In this document: positions 58,713 to 64,000 of the stretch, piece after piece
How the letters are laid out: every line of letters begins with the position of its first letter
How positions within the stretch are numbered: position 1 is the stretch's first letter
IMG/VR virus record: IMGVR_UViG_3300031414_000013
Coordinates: 33,081-97,080 of that record
From: a virus
Strand: one strand, 5' to 3'
Length of the DNA: 64,000 nt
Made by a program: the position numbers and the translations under genes
The notes under the pieces: generated by a model
What the model was told of the DNA's origin: nothing
Seen by the model: only the letters and a program-made list of their open reading frames with translations
Databases searched by the model: none

Positions 58713-60422
58713 TTAGCTGGTCTTAGTCGTATTCAGGTGATGCACAACGAGCGGAGAACTACCCAGTTGCAGATCAACGTTAGCCAGTCGCTGGATAAAC
58801 TGCACCACAACAGACTCACCAACGTTCATACCAGTACGCGACGCAATTGTGGCGTTCCAGGAACCGACAGGATACTCTGTGACAATATCATTCATTACCA
58901 GACGGAAGTGGGTCGGCGTAGGTGCTTTCAGTTCCTCACCCTCGATGAACAGAGGCTGGGTACGATAGAACACCTGATCTAACCACAGGTCCAGTGATGT
59001 GATGCCACAGGAGATATCTACAGACCAGTTGCCGACTTTGTTGAAAGTAAAATCAGCAGACAGATTCATACCATACTCATTATCTGCGTTCTGACTGTAG
59101 CGGATGAGCCACGGCGTGTCGCTAGTTAATGGGTTACCCATGAGCGTGATGCCCAGGTTTTGGGTATGTAAATGTGGGTTCAGTGAAGGGTCAACTTTAG
59201 ACACCTCAACAGAAACACCCAGGTCTTGCAGGATGCCGTAACGCAGCGGACGGAAGGCTGGCGTGTTCGGGTTCCATTCGACGTATGGTGTCGCGTAGTA
59301 CGCACGCTTACGATCAGCGTTGTACAGATACCATTCGATTTCGTAACCAACGAACTCGTTTACCCAGACCGGGATTGGGAACAGTTTCAGGCTATAAGCA
59401 CCTTCAGCTGCAACACTGCGAGCATTGTACGCTTTGGTGATAAAGCGCTTAACGTTCTCGCTACCCACGATGCTGGACTCTTCGTCACTCAGGATATACG
59501 TCAACACCAACGGAATGCGTTCACCTTCAATGGTAGAAACGTATTGTTCCATGCCGTCGAGTTTGACTTTGCTGCCGTCGATTGGATAATCCTGATAGCC
59601 GTCGTTGAAGTGGACACGACACATCATCATCAGACTTTCGATGGTGGTGTTCAGCGCAACGTTCAATACAGTCTTGTCAGACTTATTGAGGTTCGGCGAT
59701 ACCAGTTCGATGCCCGTAATGACGCGCTGACCAATCTCAACAGGACGAGTGAACGTGGTGACTGAGGTAAACAGCACAGAGCGGCTCAGAACGCTACCGT
59801 CTTCACCGTAGAACACAACAGTGCACGGTTCACCCTCTTTTAACGTCGCCGTCGTATACGCCTGTACAGCCACGTAGATTGCGTCGTTGGTTACGTTGTT
59901 AGTGCCAACGAGTTCCAGTGGAATATTCTCGTTAGGACTTACGCCATTACCGTCGAACCAGATGCCGATTGGAGTATAACCTTCACCGGTGTTGTAACCA
60001 CGGAAGATCTTAGCCCACTTAGCTTCACGGCCGTAGATATAAAGCTGACGATCGATGTTCAGTGAATGAGGTGTTACCGCACCATTGAAATAGATACGCT
60101 GACTTTCTGATTGGAACAGTCCAGGTCCGGCACCGAGGATAACATCGTAATCGGTATCGGCGTTAGGGTCGCGTGGCATATACCAGCGGTCCAGTCGAGA
60201 CTCACCCGTAGTGTAGTCAACTTCCAGTACGCGCTTGATGCCATTTTCCCAGTCGATTACACCGTCGTCTGGATTCGGTACGTACTTACCCTTACCCTTC
60301 GGCCCCGTGTAGATCTCACGGATATGCCACCAACGGAAGCCACGCTCTGAGTCGCGCTCCGGGATAGTATCCGTGTTTGGATCTAACGTACCAATCGGTG
60401 GGTACTGAATAGAATCGGTCAT
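58713..60422 (-). CDS. Virion structural protein (phiKZ gp26-like by synteny)
   Basis: 569 aa, beta-rich, directly upstream of terminase. Confidence 0.7.
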   Translation of the reverse strand: MTDSIQYPPIGTLDPNTDTIPERDSERGFRWWHIREIYTGPKGKGKYVPNPDDGVIDWENGIKRVLEVDYTTGESRLDRWYMPRDPNADTDYDVILGAGPGLFQSESQRIYFNGAVTPHSLNIDRQLYIYGREAKWAKIFRGYNTGEGYTPIGIWFDGNGVSPNENIPLELVGTNNVTNDAIYVAVQAYTTATLKEGEPCTVVFYGEDGSVLSRSVLFTSVTTFTRPVEIGQRVITGIELVSPNLNKSDKTVLNVALNTTIESLMMMCRVHFNDGYQDYPIDGSKVKLDGMEQYVSTIEGERIPLVLTYILSDEESSIVGSENVKRFITKAYNARSVAAEGAYSLKLFPIPVWVNEFVGYEIEWYLYNADRKRAYYATPYVEWNPNTPAFRPLRYGILQDLGVSVEVSKVDPSLNPHLHTQNLGITLMGNPLTSDTPWLIRYSQNADNEYGMNLSADFTFNKVGNWSVDISCGITSLDLWLDQVFYRTQPLFIEGEELKAPTPTHFRLVMNDIVTEYPVGSWNATIASRTGMNVGESVVVQFIQRLANVDLQLGSSPLVVHHLNTTKTS

Positions 60423-60426
60423 GTCA

Positions 60427-62982
60427 TTAACCTTTGATTGTGACGAACTGGGTCAAGTCAACAGCACCGCTAAGGTAAAGCTGACAAATCCTTTCGAGAT
60501 ACAGATACTGACTGATAGTAACAGTTCTCGTTTTAACCCACGGGTGCGGGTGAACGGTAACGTACTCTAAGTCGACGCCATTGCGTGTTGGCTCATACTC
60601 AAGGATGTACTCGTACTCCTTCAGCGATTCCATAACGGTCTGGTCTGGTGCGGGCATCTGAGGCGGACTAAACCAACCTTTCTGAATGTCGGAAATCAGT
60701 TTAGTGATTAACGGACTAAACAGACGGTAACGCCACTTAGTAGTAGCCAGGTCTGTAAATTCAGGAGGTGTGAGTTTGGTAGTCAAGTAGTCACCTACTC
60801 GCTTATCCAGATCCTCCGCTTCCGAACGCAGTGCATCTGCATCGTAGTCTTTAATACCCGGCAACGGAACGTGTACGTCTGAGATCCAATACGGACGACC
60901 ATCCTCAACATTAGCAGACTCTTTAACACGCACACCGTAGCGCTGCTCAGCAAAGACCAGGTCGTCACGGTGGAATGTACGACCATCCGCAACAACACGA
61001 ATAACGTGGTCATCGCGAATCTGATAAATCTGGTCGTTAGAAAGAACGCCATGTTGGATAAAGCCGTAGTCAGCAGAAGGACGCATGGTGCCGTCGGCCT
61101 GTGCCCAATCGGTGCAACGTATATCAATGTTGTTCTCACCGGTAGGGTTTAACCATTCCTTGTTGACGACCACAATCTCAGGGTAGTTGTAGAAGAAGTC
61201 CAAGTTAGGAATCAGGCTGTGTTCATTTAACCACAACTCGATCTTACCAACCGGCAACTCCATAACCACACCTTGCACGTCGGTATAGTTCAGATGGAAG
61301 CGGAAGAATCCGTCATCCTGCTGCATGACTAACCGGTAAGCTAAGAACTTACTGTCAGTCACGGTAGCCACTACCTTACGAGATTCATCGTAAAGCCACT
61401 CGACCTTACCATCGACGACTTTAAAGAAACCATCGTCAGCAGTGATTTCACGCCAGTTGTTTTTCGTGGCGGAGTTACGCACATCAGAGATATAGAAGCG
61501 ATAGCTTTTCATCGTATCTAAGGTAAGATCGACTTTGCCGTAATACGCCTCGACGTTCTGAGTGCCTTCCCCACTAATCCCTTCAACCAACTCCGCTTTA
61601 CTATTGCGTGGATAGTAACGAGCACCTGAGGTGTGTCGATACCAACCTAACAGCAAACCATCTGCATCGTATTCATAAACCGTAGAGTTCAGTTGTAAAC
61701 CCCATGGCAATTCAACGTAGTTAAAACCGCCCGGCAGATGAATGACACGTTGTGGTGTCTGGCCAACGATTTCTGTCATGCTGTTATGACCGAGTGCTTT
61801 GATAGAGTCATCGGCATTCAGTTCATGGTACCAGCAAGACATTAGGTACGTGTAGAGGGAGGCTTCCAACCAATCGGCTGTCCATTCCTTCAGTACACTA
61901 TCCAGGCCCTGTAACGCTCTCAGGATGTCTTTATCCGAAAGCTTATACAACTCATGGATTCTGTTGGCCTCGTGCACCAGTGGCCTGTCATAGCCCGATT
62001 CACGCACTTGTACGCGGATGATCAAATCACTCGCATCGTTCTGCCATACCGCATCGTCTTTTACGAAACCTTTCACGTAAGTAGAAGGAATCGAGTAGTC
62101 ACGATGAGTCACCATGCGCAGGGAGTTCTCACGGTTACGGTGGTAATACAATCCATCGTAATTCCCATTGGTTTCTTTCTTAATAAGGAAGATATCAATG
62201 TCGTCGCGGAAGTAAATCCCTTCGTCACCGCGTTTAGGCGGATGCAGGATAAACTTAGCCAGGTTATCCAGACTTGAAGTAAATGAAGGAAGAGAGGACA
62301 TAGGAAAGTCGATAACCGCTGCGATAGACGGATCGTAGAAATACTCAACGTAATCGCCCGGTTTCACTTTGGCAGCAGAAACGTTATTCACGTAACGGCC
62401 GTTATGCCAGATATTGACATATCCGACTTTCGGTTTAATGTCCTGGATCTCAGCTTGCAGTGCGTTGATATCAGCCACGGTCTTCATCAGACCACCACGA
62501 CAAACTAACAGCTCGCGAGAACCGTTACTGCGCAATGAACCAAAGTAAGCATCTGTGTAGATACGCAGATTCAAATCTTCACGATTCAGGTCAGAGATCT
62601 TTAAGACCTCTTTCACACAGAGGACAAAGCTCTTATCGTGGGTACGGCAAATATAGGCTTCGTTGCGTGGAATCTGAATACCAGTATTAAGGTACAGATC
62701 AGCAACCATGCCCTGAGTGGTACACAGGTTAGCCAGGGAGATCCACGTGCCACGCTGAGGGAACAGCCCTAACTCAACTGGGCAGTTCTGTCCAATCTCG
62801 TATACGTGATACGGAGCATCGTCAGTGGGTAACGTGAGGTTTGTCCAACCGTAGCTGAAGCGGTGGCGTGAACCACCGAATTCAGTTAACCTTGCCAGCT
62901 TGAGGATTGCCTGACGGTCCTGTTTAGGACTGCACCAGATATTCTTCGTGACAAAGTCAAGCATCTTTTCCTTGAGGTCCAT
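60427..62982 (-). CDS. Virion structural protein (phiKZ gp27-like by synteny)
   Basis: 851 aa, IWCSP.QDRQ N-terminus, RDDIDIFL. Confidence 0.7.
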   Translation of the reverse strand: MDLKEKMLDFVTKNIWCSPKQDRQAILKLARLTEFGGSRHRFSYGWTNLTLPTDDAPYHVYEIGQNCPVELGLFPQRGTWISLANLCTTQGMVADLYLNTGIQIPRNEAYICRTHDKSFVLCVKEVLKISDLNREDLNLRIYTDAYFGSLRSNGSRELLVCRGGLMKTVADINALQAEIQDIKPKVGYVNIWHNGRYVNNVSAAKVKPGDYVEYFYDPSIAAVIDFPMSSLPSFTSSLDNLAKFILHPPKRGDEGIYFRDDIDIFLIKKETNGNYDGLYYHRNRENSLRMVTHRDYSIPSTYVKGFVKDDAVWQNDASDLIIRVQVRESGYDRPLVHEANRIHELYKLSDKDILRALQGLDSVLKEWTADWLEASLYTYLMSCWYHELNADDSIKALGHNSMTEIVGQTPQRVIHLPGGFNYVELPWGLQLNSTVYEYDADGLLLGWYRHTSGARYYPRNSKAELVEGISGEGTQNVEAYYGKVDLTLDTMKSYRFYISDVRNSATKNNWREITADDGFFKVVDGKVEWLYDESRKVVATVTDSKFLAYRLVMQQDDGFFRFHLNYTDVQGVVMELPVGKIELWLNEHSLIPNLDFFYNYPEIVVVNKEWLNPTGENNIDIRCTDWAQADGTMRPSADYGFIQHGVLSNDQIYQIRDDHVIRVVADGRTFHRDDLVFAEQRYGVRVKESANVEDGRPYWISDVHVPLPGIKDYDADALRSEAEDLDKRVGDYLTTKLTPPEFTDLATTKWRYRLFSPLITKLISDIQKGWFSPPQMPAPDQTVMESLKEYEYILEYEPTRNGVDLEYVTVHPHPWVKTRTVTISQYLYLERICQLYLSGAVDLTQFVTIKG

Positions 62983-62984
62983 CT

Positions 62985-63908
62985 TTAGCCCTCGTTTTGT
63001 TTAAGCAACAGCCCCAGCGCGTTCACGAAACGTTTGTCTTCGCCATCACGACCGAGGCGTTGAACCAACTGACCGATCGGCGTGTTGCGATAGGTTTTCT
63101 CTTGGCACGCAGCCCAGAGCATAGCAAGGAAAGTCGGCGGGTATTCAACAGCCACACCTACGACTTCACGAATGGCAGCACTGCCAAACCAGCTGGTTGC
63201 AATGGTGGTGAACAGCAGACCAACACTGACACTGGCGATACGAACACTGTTGATGGTCTTAACCGCTTCAACAAACTCTTTCGCATTGGTAATGGTTTTA
63301 CCGTAAGCCGCCAGATGGTCATAGACGCGCATCTGTGGGATACGAGTCAGACGATCAACTGCTTTGGCATACAGAACCATTTCACGCTCATCGAGCTTAC
63401 GTTGCGGACCTTCTTCAAACTGACACAAATAGAAGAAAGCAGCGAACGCTTGAATGGAGATGGTGGTCTGCACATCCAGAGACAGTTTGTTGGATAGCGT
63501 GTTAGCAACCCAGTTTGAGTAAACGGTCGCTGGTAGATCGCTCAGGTTCAACAGGTCAGGTGGATTCTTTTGATTCCACAACTGTTGCAGTCGAGCACGC
63601 ATCAGGTTGAACGGAACTGGTCCAGTATTTGGCAGCTCAACGTTGGCTTCACCGATGCGGCGAATTTGTGTGCGATACGGACGCAGGTCTACAGCAGTGT
63701 AGACTTTCTGGTCAACTACCGAGGTGAAAGTGATTGGGTGCGCGATAACCGGCACGTCGGCATCATTCAAAATAGAAAGAATAGAAGGCGCATCAGGGAT
63801 CAGCCCTGAAACTAAACTGCCCTCAGTACGTGCAACCTCAACGTCCTTAAATAGCCCACGAACGTCGTAGGGAGGAATCGCGGTCGCTTCATATGGACTT
63901 TTAAACAT
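62985..63908 (-). CDS. Conserved protein (phiKZ gp28-like by synteny)
   Basis: 307 aa, MF.SPYEAT, VDLRPY, AVEYPPT. Confidence 0.7.
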   Translation of the reverse strand: MFKSPYEATAIPPYDVRGLFKDVEVARTEGSLVSGLIPDAPSILSILNDADVPVIAHPITFTSVVDQKVYTAVDLRPYRTQIRRIGEANVELPNTGPVPFNLMRARLQQLWNQKNPPDLLNLSDLPATVYSNWVANTLSNKLSLDVQTTISIQAFAAFFYLCQFEEGPQRKLDEREMVLYAKAVDRLTRIPQMRVYDHLAAYGKTITNAKEFVEAVKTINSVRIASVSVGLLFTTIATSWFGSAAIREVVGVAVEYPPTFLAMLWAACQEKTYRNTPIGQLVQRLGRDGEDKRFVNALGLLLKQNEG

Positions 63909-64000
63909 GGACTAATACCTCGTGTAGATGATAAATACTGTGTTATTTTTTACTAATGACTATGATGTGGTAAATCGCCTGAACCATAACATTTACACCT

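Overview
This 64-kb window comes from a phiKZ-related, probably nucleus-forming jumbo myophage (Chimalliviridae-like). The evidence is a PhuZ tubulin, a phiKZ gp25-type large terminase followed by three large structural genes, a SNF2-like helicase, a gp144-like lytic transglycosylase and phiKZ-type early promoter motifs. PhoH and thymidine kinase closely resemble enterobacterial proteins, suggesting an Enterobacterales host. About 95 tightly packed genes lie almost all on the minus strand. Most of 1-56 kb is accessory: nucleotide metabolism, DNA and RNA ligases, counter-defence candidates (Acb1-like, Tad1-like, NADAR, HD phosphohydrolase, MazG-like) and many ORFans. The most notable signals are: (i) a family of HslV/proteasome-beta-like Ntn proteases with apparently active and degenerate partner subunits, plus SspB and a BCS1-like AAA+ ATPase; (ii) dead or fragmentary copies of enzyme modules (pseudo-prohead-protease fused to MazG, mini terminase-like ATPase, stand-alone NrdA C-terminal cysteine tail, AlaRS fragment); (iii) a cryptic paralog family of about 7 early genes at 47.7-55.6 kb; (iv) an NDT-like enzyme domain in the propeptide position of a head protein; (v) two terminator classes coupled to repeated early promoters. 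All family assignments come from motif recognition by eye; no searches were run.
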